Source: Lama glama (taxonomy: Eukaryota). Taken from it: DNA of 64,000 bases. Below are positions 26,463 to 38,055 of this stretch, in pieces. Made by a program: the position numbers and the translations under genes. The stretch covers positions 9,114,001 through 9,178,000 of the forward strand of contig CM052828.1 in assembly GCA_028534125.1 (NCBI GenBank), written 5' to 3'. Below the pieces are notes generated by a model. The model was not told the origin of the DNA and did not search any database. It saw only the letters and a program-made list of their open reading frames with translations. Numbering within the stretch: position 1 is the stretch's first letter; every line of letters begins with the position of its first letter.

Positions 26463-28264
26463 CTGCCCAAGGCAATCTACAGATTTAACGCAACCCCTAT
26501 CAAATTACCCAAGACATTTTTCATGGACCTAGAAGAAAAAATCCTAAAATTTATATGGTATCACAAAAGACCCAGAATTGCTAAAGCAATACTGAGGAAA
26601 AAGAACGAAGCTGGAGGAATAACACTCCCAGACTTCAGACAATTACTACAGAGCCACAGTAATCAAAACAGTGTGGTATTGGCACAAAAACAGACATATG
26701 GGTCAAAACAGACAGCCCAGAAGTAAACCCGCAGACCCACGATCAACTAATCTTTGGCAAAGGAGGCAAGAATGTACAATGGAGAAAACACAGTCTCTTT
26801 AGCAAGTGATGCTGGGAAAACTGGACAGCTGCCTGTGAATCAATGAAATTAGAATACTCCCTCACACCATACACAAAAATAAACTTAAAATGGCTTAAAG
26901 AGTAAAATATAAGACCAGACAGTATAAACCTCCTAGAAGAAAACATAGGCAAAACATTCTCTAACATAAATCTTAGCAATGTTCTCCTAGGCCAGTCTAC
27001 TCAGGCAATAGAAATAAAAGCAAAAATAAACAAGTGGGACCTAATTAAACTTACAAGCTTTTGCACAGAAAAGGAGACCATAAGCAAAACAAAATGACAA
27101 CCTATGGAATGGGAGAAGATACTTGCAAATGATGTGACTGACAAGGGTTTAACTTCCAGACTATACAAACAGCTCATACAACTTAATACAAAAAACAAAC
27201 AACTCAATCCAAAAATGGGCAGAAGACTTAAACAAGTAACTCTCCAATGAAGACATACAAAATGGGCAGAAGACTTAAATAAGNNNNNNNNNNNNNNNNN
27301 NNNNNNNNNNNNNNNNNNNNNNNNNNNNNNNNNNNNNNNNNNNNNNNNNNNNNNNNNNNNNNNNNNNNNNNNNNNNNNNNNNNNNNNNNNNNNNNNNNNN
27401 NNNNNNNNNNNNNNNNNNNNNNNNNNNNNNNNNNNNNNNNNNNNNNNNNNNNNNNNNNNNNNNNNNNNNNNNNNNNNNNNNNNNNNNNNNNNNNNNNNNN
27501 NNNNNNNNNNNNNNNNNNNNNNNNNNNNNNNNNNNNNNNNNNNNNNNNNNNNNNNNNNNNNNNNNNNNNNNNNNNNNNNNGGATCTCTAATTCAGAAAGA
27601 CACATGGCACCCCAATGTTCACAGCAGCACTATATACAACAGCCAAGACATGGAAGTAACCTAAATGTCCATCGACAGATGACTGGATAAAGAAGCTGTG
27701 GTATATTTATACTACTCAGCCTTAAAAAACAATAAAATAATGCCATTTGCAGCAACATAGATGGGCCTGGAGATTGTCATTCTAAGTGAAGTAAGCCACA
27801 AAGAGAAAGAAAAATATCATATGATATCACTCATATGTGGAATCTAAAAAAAAGAAAGAAAGGAAGAAAGAAAGAAGAGGACACTAATGAACCCATCTAC
27901 AAAAGAAACAGACTTGCAGACATAGTAAACAATCTTATAGTTACTGGGGGAAAGGAGGTGGGAATGGATTTGGGAGTCTGAGATTTGCAAATGCTAACCA
28001 CTATATATATAAATAGATAAAAAACAAGTACCTTCGGTATAGCACACAGAACTATATTCAGTATCTTGTAACAACCTTTAATGACAAAGAATATGAATAT
28101 GAAAACAAATGTATGTAACAACCTTTAATGACAAAGAATATGAAAACAAATGTCCCAGCATGACTGGGACATTATGCTGTACACCAGAAATTGACACAAT
28201 GTAACTGACTATACTTCAACAAAAAAAAAAAGAAAGAAAAGGAAAAATCAAAACAAACAAAAAA
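26463..28264 (+). mobile_element. Lineage-specific 5'-truncated L1 (ORF2 C-terminal part, 3' UTR, poly-A) with perfect 17-bp TSD; contains gap 27284-27580
   Basis: The ORF track gives [20 protein letters not shown]...[25 protein letters not shown] (L1 ORF2p), with frameshifts and stops downstream. TSD atttaatggcatttcta at 26446-26462 and 28265-28281. Confidence 0.95.
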
Positions 28265-28336
28265 ATTTAATGGCATTTCTAGCTCTGTGGATCTAGGACA
28301 ATCTCATGCCAATCAGAAAAGCTGCATTACCGTTAA

Positions 28337-28862
28337 TTTTTTCAGCTTTAAGTATAATTGACAATTAAATTGTACGTATTTAAAATGTACAACATAATTA
28401 TTCAACATACATGTACTTTATGAAATGATGACCATAATCAGGTTAATGCATCTATTTCACATAGCTACATTTTAAAATTTCCTTTTTCCTTTCTTTTTTT
28501 CATTTTTTCCTTTCTTCCTTCCTTCCTCTCCCTCTCTCACTCTCTTTTTTGGTGAGAATGCTTAGGATTTATTCTCTTAGCAAAGTTCAAGTACACAGCA
28601 CAGTATTATTAACCGTAGTCACTATGCTGCAGATTCTTCATTTTGTAATTGAAGGCTTGCACCTTTGACAAGGATCTCCCCATTTCCCCACCCTGCGAGC
28701 TCCTAGTAACCACCATCCTTCTACCTGTTTCTGTGAGCTCAACATTTTTTTTTAGATTCCGCATATAAGTGAGATCATACGGTATTTGTCTTTCTCTGTC
28801 TGGTTAATTTCACTTAGCGTAAAGTCCTCTAAATTCATTCATGTTGTTGCAAATGGAAGGTA
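28337..28862 (-). mobile_element. L1MA-type 3' end, antisense
   Basis: gattccgcatataagtgagatcatacggtatttgtctttctctgtctgg..tttcacttagc..catgttgttgcaaatgg. Confidence 0.9.
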
Positions 28863-29040
28863 TTGTTTGTGCAGGGATTCCTTCTCAGCTAGAGATTCTT
28901 CTGAAACTTCTATCAGTTGTAACCAAGGAAGCGAGGGGATGGGGGTCAGTCTGTGCTTAATCTTAAGAAGAGAAGCTAGCATCTCACTGCCCATAATGTC
29001 AGGACAAGCAGCACAGAAAGTTGGGCTCAATAAATGCTTT

Positions 29041-29112
29041 CAGTTGAATGGAAATGCATACTTGCAGTTGAATGGAACTGCACATTAGAAGTTGCGTGGA
29101 ATTGCACACCAC
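29041..29112. repeat. Degenerate 24-bp tandem repeat, three copies
   Basis: cagttgaatggaaatgcatacttg / cagttgaatggaactgcacattag / aagttgcgtggaattgcacaccac. Confidence 0.8.
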
Positions 29113-32100
29113 TTGCTCTTGTAGTATCTCCTGCTTTTTTTGCAACCAAGCCTGGTCCTATGGGGGAGTCAAGGTATCAGGTATGAGTAAGAAATAACTA
29201 GAATTACAAGATATGTTAGGAGCCGGAAAACAATCCTTTCACTTCTACATAAACCACATGTTCAGATATCCCAGAAAAAATTTTTGTTCTCAGAGTTGCA
29301 GTATGCCAACAGTTCTAAAATCAGCATCGGTGATCTGGTTTGGAAATACGAGGGTGGATGTAATAGAATTGAACAAAGGGACATGTAGGTAAAGGAGCAA
29401 GTATTGAAAGTGGTAGGTGGGTTGGAGAAAGAATTAAAGGACATTGAGATACTGATCAACTACGCAGCTGGTGTTTGCTAATTAATACTATAGCTGTGAA
29501 ATAAGAAAAGAAATAAAAAATGTGACAGCAAGTTAGTGATTATTTCAGGATGAAACATTTACTAGTATAATTATTTGTTTTAAACATTAGCTTTACAGAA
29601 TATCATGCTCATTAACAACTTTAAAAAGTGACAAGATTCAGGTACAATCTGAAGCTGATAATTAATTGATACTATATATATCTTGTAATAAAACTGAAAG
29701 GAAATGTGGATTTAGCTATAGAAATGTAATTACACATAAAGGTTGCATCTTCTTTTGAGAGGTTGATTGATGGTGTTTGAAATGCTTCCAATTATTTCAA
29801 AATCTGACTTTTGTTATAAAATGACAAACTGGAGGAAATTTAAAAGTGATTTAAATATTTTTGAAGGTATAAGTCAGCGGAAATTCTAAAACTGCTTCAT
29901 AAACATTTTATTAAAATCTATGGAACGTTAATATATTTTAGCATTCTATTATTTTAAAGACCTCAGATCCAAAGCACATAGATCCAAAATATGCATCTGT
30001 AAAAATCTCTCAGTGTGTAATAAAATGTCACCATGAGTTCCTTGGGCAAAAGGCTACTAGCTGTTCAACCAATCAAGATTTGAGCATAGTCATTTAGGAA
30101 TAGAAATTCAGAGATCTATCTCTTCATGCTTTTCTTTATGCTGCAGAGTTGGAGATAGCCTGGAGGATCTCAGAGGAGGATGAATGTTTCTCAGGACATC
30201 AGATAATCATACCTATTACTGCAATAGAAATATTGTCAAGGAGAAACTTGCAGGAGGACCCTTGCTGGGGACTGGCTTGGGTGGGTGGATAGCACTGGGA
30301 GCTCAGACATGGCTGATTTGGGGGAATCCTGAGTTCTGAGTTGAGGGTGTTCCTCCATAGAAGACTTGTATTTGCTTGTATTTGCTTTTGCCAGGTGCTC
30401 CAAGACGCTGCCAGTCCGACACCCCTTTAAATATTTGGCATTTCCTGGATGCTGTAGGTAATATGATCTGAACCATGAATCCAAGAGAAAGGGCCAGAGT
30501 TAAAAATTCTCAGGTGAGAGTTCTCAGTTTTTATTTTACTTTTCTATCCAGAGAAAGAGCCAGAATACAGAGTTTCCTGGTTTTCTCCCTTTTCCCTGGA
30601 GTAATTTTTTCCTTCCAGTTCACTGTTTTAATGAGGGTGTAGTCTTGGAGTGCACGAATGTCTGCTGGGCCCTGGATTCTAACTCTGCTTTGCTCAAGTC
30701 TAAGGCCTTCCTTCTTATTCCAGAAGTCATTAAAACTCAAGTTTCTTCCTAAATATTTGAGATGCTTTTGTGGAGGAGTAGTTAATTTTGCATTATGTCA
30801 TTGAAAGGAACTAAAGTCTCTAACAGTGGACATAGCTCCTGGATCATTTCATATTAAATATGTAAGGAAGTTAGGAATTATGACTTAAAAATCATATAAA
30901 GTCTGGTAATAATTTTCTTAGCATTTTTTGATAAATAACAGAAGTAGAAGCAAGTTGATATATGTATTGAAATTCTGAGAAGAGTTACATTTTAGGATAA
31001 CACAGATATAGTGTTTATTCTAACATGACTGCTGCAAGGCTAATAGTGCAGTTTGATACTTACTAATGAATATCATTACTCAGATGAAAGTGTTCACTTA
31101 GCAACCCCAAAATCTATCTTTTTACATATCACTAAAGGAAACTGGCTTTGATCCATGAGTATGTATGTATACGGCGAGAGTAGTTCACAGTGGAACTTGG
31201 TTTAAACCATGTGAAGCCAACACATATCTTCCTTGAAAAGAATTCCACTAAAAAGAAGCTAAGTGTCCCTTAAAGGTCATTTAGTACAAGCTCCATCTAA
31301 CATCGAATTTGTGGTGTTGCATACAAATTCCATTCTTATCAATAGATCTGAGAAGGGTTTGCAACATTTTAGATGGTAGTTTTTTGCAGATTGCTATTAA
31401 ATGGAGGAAAACCAGCCACTTTGCATGTAAATATTCTAGGAGTTTTCCATCAGTTTCCAGGATAGAGTCCAGCAGCAGATGAAACCAGAGCATCTCCTAA
31501 GGATATCTGGTTTAGATTTACTTTGGGGAACCAGTAACTCATTCATGTTGAGCCAAAGGGAAGCTGGGAACAGATGGTCCCAGGAGCCAGCTTCTCCATT
31601 TCAGTATTTGTAGAACTCACCAGGGAGTAGTGGGGAATCCTAACACAGCATCGGGGGAAAGCTCCTTCTCTGTAAACACAAAAGCTGAAACACACGTAGA
31701 TTTTCACAGTGCGTATTAATACATGAATTCTATGGAATAATAATGATGATGAAGATGGTGCTTAGAGAAACAAGGCTCTAATTCCCTGCTGATCAGACAC
31801 CTTGAGGTCAGCTGAGCCCTGTAGCTAGATTAGCTTTCAGATATTAGTTCCTTCTGTACGTAAGATCCTTAGGTATTCTCTTACTTTTGTATGATCTCAG
31901 GCATACATTTTAAATAAGTTCTGTGACATTCATCTGGCATGTAGAAGTCCTTCTGTGGGAGGATTTAAGATAACCTGCTTGCCCTACTGCCAGAACGAGA
32001 TGATCTCAGCCATTTGTATTCCTTATTTTCGATTCTAAGTAGGTAACTGTAATGTTTTTGTGAAATGCAATAATAAGCACATTCATCAAATCATTGTTAA

Positions 32101-32927
32101 AAGCAATAGTGAGATACCATCAGCTTCATTTCTGAGCAAGCAGCTTATCTCAAATATATGTTTTATCAGCTGACCTTTTTGTTCATTGTATGACACTGGA
32201 ATTTCAAGAAAATAATGTAAGTTAAGAGAAATAACATCAGAACAGCTCCCCATGCCCTTTTAATTGACTTTCCGAAGCAAATTTAGATAATGCATTGCCG
32301 TTTGCAACTTAGTCCCTTTTCTGGGGTGCTTTTCTTTGCCTTGGAAAACAAGTAACAACAACAAAAAATCTCCAAAGCCTTAAAATACTCTAAACTTTTT
32401 CCTAGAACTTCTATGATATCTCTTTAGTGCATGTAAACTTTAAAAGCTTTGCAGGTAAATGTCTGAAAATGAATTTCATATCATTTCTAAAATCTGGCAA
32501 GGGAAATTCTCTCTAAAGATATCAATCTCATTGACTCGGCAGTTTTATTAAACTTTAATCACCTTTTCAATATTTTCATTGTTGAGTACATGTTCCCCTA
32601 AGGTAAAGATTCAACCACTTAGAGCTTGAAAGATAAATATATAATTTTCATAAAGGTCTTGTAATCCTTAGATACTGGTTGAGTAATAACACAGAATTGA
32701 ATAGCACTGTCAGCACTGAATCTATCAGACCCAGATTCATAGCAGGCGAGTGACGTGTGCTCCAGAGGCAGGAGCTTGGACTCTTGAGCAAGAGCAAAGG
32801 TTATCTGAAATCTGAGGTTTAACATAGAATTTACAACAATTAGTAGGATTGATTCATAGTCACTATTAGAGAAGTATGGAATAGATTGTAAATTCTGAAG
32901 ACAAGAACCCATGTCTCTCTTGCACAC

Positions 32928-33019
32928 TTTTTTGTTTTTTAAATGGAGGTACTAGGAATTGAACCCAGGACCTCATGCATGCTAGGCGTGCACTCTATCC
33001 CTGAGCTATACCCTCCCCC
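32928..33019 (-). mobile_element. tRNA-Ala-derived SINE (camelid Vic-1 type)
   Basis: The reverse complement, ggggagggtatagctcagggatagagtgcacgcctagcatgcatgaggtcctgggttcaattcctagtacctcca plus an A-rich tail, has pol III A/B boxes and a tRNA-Ala(AGC)-like body. Confidence 0.85.
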
Positions 33020-35827
33020 ATCCCTTGTGTACGCTTGCATTCTCAATACCAAAAGAAGTTCCTGGCACACAGTAGGTGCCCAGTAAATATTTGCTGAAAA
33101 GTGATGAAGTGAATACACAAACAGGAAGGGACAATAAAGCTCTATGGTTTTATGTTTAGTTCTGATTCTCAGCCAAGAGCCTTTCCATGATTCCAAACTC
33201 TGCTTACTTACAGCTTAACTGTAGAAGACAGAGAGTTTCTTAGAGAGACAATAGCAATCATCACTTCACTTTCATTCTAAATATGTTCTAAGAAATACTT
33301 ATACAGACACCCAGCATAAATAAATATCATGTTAATATTTAAAAGATGTAAAAATGTAAACTAAAATGTTTAGTCATATTTATTATTTTGTGAAACATCC
33401 TAACAACTGCAACAATATTAATATAATAATATAAATAATTTACAAATTAGCATTAAAACTTAACATGGTAAGGTATTATATGAAAGAATATGTTCATTCA
33501 AACTTTTAAAAAGTTCTACAAATAAGTTAAACAAATCAAAGATATTAGTAGGGGCCAGATCGAGGGTATCTTACAGGTGTATCTAGAAAGCCACTAAGGA
33601 AATCAGATTCTGTGGGGCTTTGCCTATTTCTGTTCTGAAAATCAGTTAACGTTTAATAATAGGAAAATAACTCCTATTTATATATGTAGAATAAAATGAA
33701 TTTCAATTTTAAAGTTGTAAGCTTTTTCCAAAGATAACATGCAGTGCACATTTTCCCTCGCAAAGGAACATAACGCTGTTCAGAGAAAAAGAAAAAGTTG
33801 TTGTGCGGTATTTTTATATAACTCAGATCCCTCTCTCTCCCCAAAGGTGCACTTTCAAAGTGGAAAAAGAAGAGAGGAGTGATTTATGGCTTATAGGAAA
33901 AAAATAATTAAAAAAAGGGTTTTTTTGATTTAAATCAAAATTTAAGTGGATATATTGAAATCAGTTCCCACCCTGAAACTCCCTTAGAATACGCAGCTGC
34001 AGATTATTACTTTACTCAACTGGGTTAGAAGTTGCCTTTTATCGGTCACATAGAAATCACTGCTACTGTTGAGCTGACAGATGGTTGATCATTAACAGAT
34101 TGCAGTTTATTCGAAGGAGAGAGGCCTGTCACACCCCAGCGTATCTGGGGGACACTCCCAGCTCTGTTCCTCCCAGCGTCAGAAGCTCCCCTCCTTTATT
34201 TCTCCCAGTGGGATTCAATTCTTTTGCAGTGTTTTTTTCCTCACCACTGCTTTGGTCTTTGCTTGAAATCAACAGATCTTCAATCTGATTTCTGAAGTTT
34301 TCATATTGCTTATTCCTCTTGGCTTACCAACAAAACAAAAAATAATTTTTTTCTGTATTTCTTCAGTACGAGGATCCAAAGCCAGCTTCCTACAAAACCA
34401 AGACAACTTAAAAATGATTCAGTTCTAATGGGATAAAATATTGACTGTGGATTCAAAGTGAACAAACAGAGACAAAGAAAATATCTATTATTTTCATCAC
34501 CTTGGATATTGCTCAGAGTATTCCCTTATTTCCAAATCCCATTTATAAAGTACACATGACTTCATCACTATTTACTTGAACTTGTTTTCATTAGGTAACT
34601 AAGTTTCCTGATGACTCTCCCAAAGGACGGGCAAAGTGACACATGCTTGGACTGATCTCTCTAGCTCCCCAATTTCCTTTCTCTCCCTCCAGCCTGAGTG
34701 ACAAACTCTCCACGCCTCTTCTTTTTAGCACCTATTTCTCCCATCTTCAGTAAAAATTTGTAATTTGTTCTAAATGAATTCTCTTTGATTTGAAAGCCAA
34801 AATAACCCACACCTCTAGCTGTATATCTTCTATATTCGTTGTTTAACGGTGAAGGTTTCTCTCAGAAAATTTCTACTTAAAAAAACTTACGGTCTTAATA
34901 ATGTTCCCAGTGTTATCCCCAGCACAGCCCTAAAATTTTTATTGGTGTTCGTGCTTTATCAAGTAAATTAATATATGAAGGAAAGGGCTATGGAATCTAT
35001 TAAAAAATAATCCTACTCAATTAAGGAAACTAGTGAGAGAAATTATTTGTTTCCAATAATATCAAGAAGCAGAATTGTGAGCACACTCATGCATAAATTG
35101 ACTCTTCTTATCTTCTGGAAAGCAGAAGTTCCTTCCTACAAATAAAGCGTCCCCTCAGTCAGGAAGCAAGATACTAAACAACAGCTCCCCAGTAAGGACG
35201 GCTCTCGGGTGCTGATGAAATAAATATTGGTGGAGAGATGAAAATTCCACAAACACTAGTATGAGTCTGAGAGGTGAGTTCTCAAATGAGGGTAGGAGAG
35301 TATGAATTTGGTCAGAAAATTCAATATACAATTTTACTGACAAAAATAAAGCTTAAGCTACAATCTATAGGAACTATTCTGTAAGTCCAGCATTCAGCAA
35401 ACCCAGGTAAAGAGTTATATCTATAATATTAAATGGCAAAAGTTTGATTAATTCACCAGGTAAATAAAATCCAACTTGATCTTTCAATTGTTCTGATTCT
35501 CTCTCTGGGTTATTGCCTGATCAGGGGAAGGGTTGAGCTTTTCATTTTAACAAGAAAAAATGTAATTTCTGGATAAATTTTCCTTGATCATTCATAAATG
35601 GGTCTTCTTTATGAATCCCATGGTGAAGTCAACACTTCTCATAGAACCTACACTGAATGGGTTGTTTTGTGTCAATATTTATTGGTGCACTTTATCTCAA
35701 ATTATGGTATAAGAATAATTTAGGAGGAAGCTAGTCAGGATGAACATTCATTTGCAAACACAGCAGAATTAGACTGTCCATGATGCCTCAATGCTCTGTG
35801 ACTGTTCTCAACCAAATATTCTAATCC

Positions 35828-36019
35828 GGCATTGACCAATATGGTAGCTGCTAGCTAGATGTGACTATGTAAATTAAATTAAATTAAAATTTTAATTCTT
35901 CAGTTGAACTGGCTATATTTCAAATGCTCAACAGCTACACTTGGCCACTCATTACTGTATTGGACAATGAAGATACAGAACATTTCTATCATTACAGAAA
36001 GTTCTATTGGATAATGCTG
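35828..36019. mobile_element. MER3/MER33-like hAT-Charlie element
   Basis: ccaatatggtagc...tttcaaatgctcaacagctacac...agaacatttctatcattacagaaagttctattggataatgctg. Confidence 0.8.
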
Positions 36020-36199
36020 TTGGTCTCATCCTGTAACTTAATAATTTACTTCTTTAATAATGATTTTTTCTTGTTAAGCAATTAACATTATTTACTATAA
36101 AAAATTTTAAAAGTATAGGAATAATTCATATATACCCAGGGGTGGAGACAGAGGGAAAAGTTGGTGGTCCCGGACAGGTATTAGAAGACTTCTATCATT

Positions 36200-36960
36200 A
36201 TGATGTCCAAAGTTAAACTTGTTCTTCACTTCCTTTTTCCTCTGAATCCAGTTAATCTGTCATTTTTTACTTCTGTTAACCCTACTATTCCCCATCAACC
36301 TGACCCAGAAGTTGCAAAATTATGTTTGCCTCCATCTTCTCCTTCAAACCCAACATATAGTGAGTGGCTAAGTCATGTAGGTTCCACGGTCATGGCGGCT
36401 TTATGGAGCCTCTTCTCCTTTCTGTGCCCACAGCATGGCCCTGGTTCAGGTCTTCATTTCTTCTGCAGCTGTTTCCTAACACACCTCCTACTCTCAAATC
36501 CCGGGCTGTTCACTGCTCCCAGATTGTTTTCCTATAAATATTCCAATGTTGTCATTTCTCTGTTCAAAAGTTTCACAGGAAACTCCTCACTCTGGTATTC
36601 AGGAAACTAGGTGACGTACCCCAATGTTCCTGATTGTCTACTGTCACCAAACAATCCTATGTCATAACCTCAAGTGGCACAGAACACCGGCATTGCCCTG
36701 AACGTTTTGCAATTTCCTTCTCAGTGTCTTTACATGCAGTATTCTCTTCCTAAAATAATCTACCCAAACCCTGCTTATCAAACCTGGATTTAAACTTCAA
36801 GGCTAAACACAAAACTGCCGTCTTAAAAAACCTTTCCTGATTTCCTTAATTAACTGAACATTTACTTGGACTTTAACCAGAACTTTCTCTGGACCTCTTA
36901 GACAACAACCTCACTCCACCTTGTGGGGTAATCATTTGTTGTTTTCTTTTTCTATAAGAC
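36200..36960 (+). mobile_element. L2 LINE fragment
   Basis: tgtccaaagttaaact start followed by a degenerate pyrimidine-rich L2 3' region. Confidence 0.5.
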
Positions 36961-37840
36961 CGAACTTTGAGTAAGACTATTAATTAAACAATTAAAATGT
37001 GTTGCACTCTTCATAAACAGGACACAATGCACTTCATATGGACACAGTGGTTTTGACTGCTGACTAGGCAAAAGTTTCATTAGTGATAAAAAAAATAATT
37101 CTGGTTGTAAGGACAAAAACACTAAGCTGCCTCATTAATATATAATAAAATATATTAGGTGCTAAAAAAGAACACATATACATGCAGGCAACTTTATGAC
37201 TCATAGTTACAAGGAAAAGTTATATGTATTTGAGATATTTTTTGTCCAGATAGAATTTTCATGAGTGATGACTATATAAATTCCTTAGTTCTGATAGTAA
37301 TTGAAAAGGCATAACAAGTCTGCGACAAGATTCGTATTTTTTTTTTGTCTTTTGCATGAAAATTTTTTTTCTAAAAATCTAAGTTTAGAATGGGAACTAA
37401 TATAATTTGTTGTGGACATTTATAAATGAGAAATAAAAGGATTGAGGCAATGCAAAACACATTTTACAAATATTCTGTGATTTACTGGCAGTAGGATTTA
37501 ATTAATAAAAAATTAACATGCAGAAAATATTAATAAATGGTTGCTGGAGTTAAGAGGACATGAGCCTCTTCTCAGGTACGGTATTCAACTAAAGTCACAA
37601 GCAAGTAATGTGATGATTCCATAATGTTTTAAATTAGAGACTGAGATCATTAGAGGTAAATGTAAAACACAGGAAATTGTTTTATAGAATTAACTGTGTC
37701 ATAGAATTGATGGTACAATAATTGATCTTCACAGAAAAACTGGTATAAACAGAACTAGAAATTTAAAAAGATATAACCAATAAATGACAGCTGACTTTAA
37801 TGATGCAATAACCTCATATCAACATGAGTCATCAGCAGAT

Positions 37841-38055
37841 ACTGATTACTGTATATATAAAACAAATAAACAAGTTTCTTCTATGTAGTGCAGGGAACTA
37901 TATTCAGTATCTTGTAGTAACTTCTAGTGAAAAATAATTTGAAAACAAATATATGTATGTATATGTATGACTGAAACATTGTGCTGTACACCAGAATTTG
38001 ACACAACATTGTAAACTGACTATACTTCAATTTAAAAAACCTACCCCCCCCCAAT
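37841..38055 (+). mobile_element. Short lineage-specific L1 3' end with 10-bp TSD
   Basis: cagggaactatattcagtatcttgtag...gctgtacaccagaatttgacacaacattgtaaactgactatacttcaat, the same family as 28000-28220. TSD atcagcagat at 37831-37840 and 38056-38065. Confidence 0.9.

Noticed and set aside
26451-27283. L1 ORF2 as a functional CDS
   Set aside because: It is 5'-truncated and has frameshifts and stop codons.
27211-27283. Repeat of aaaatgggcagaagacttaaa next to the gap
   Set aside because: It sits at a contig edge inside a repeat and is probably an assembly artefact.
20963-27605. ORFs containing runs of X (also at 55697-56151)
   Set aside because: These are artefacts of translating through N gaps.
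29041-29112. CRISPR-like array
   Set aside because: This is eukaryotic DNA and the units are directly adjacent with no unique spacers.
32945-33017. Apparent tRNA-Ala(AGC) gene
   Set aside because: The 5' end is altered and there is an A-rich tail instead of a T-run terminator, so it is a SINE copy.
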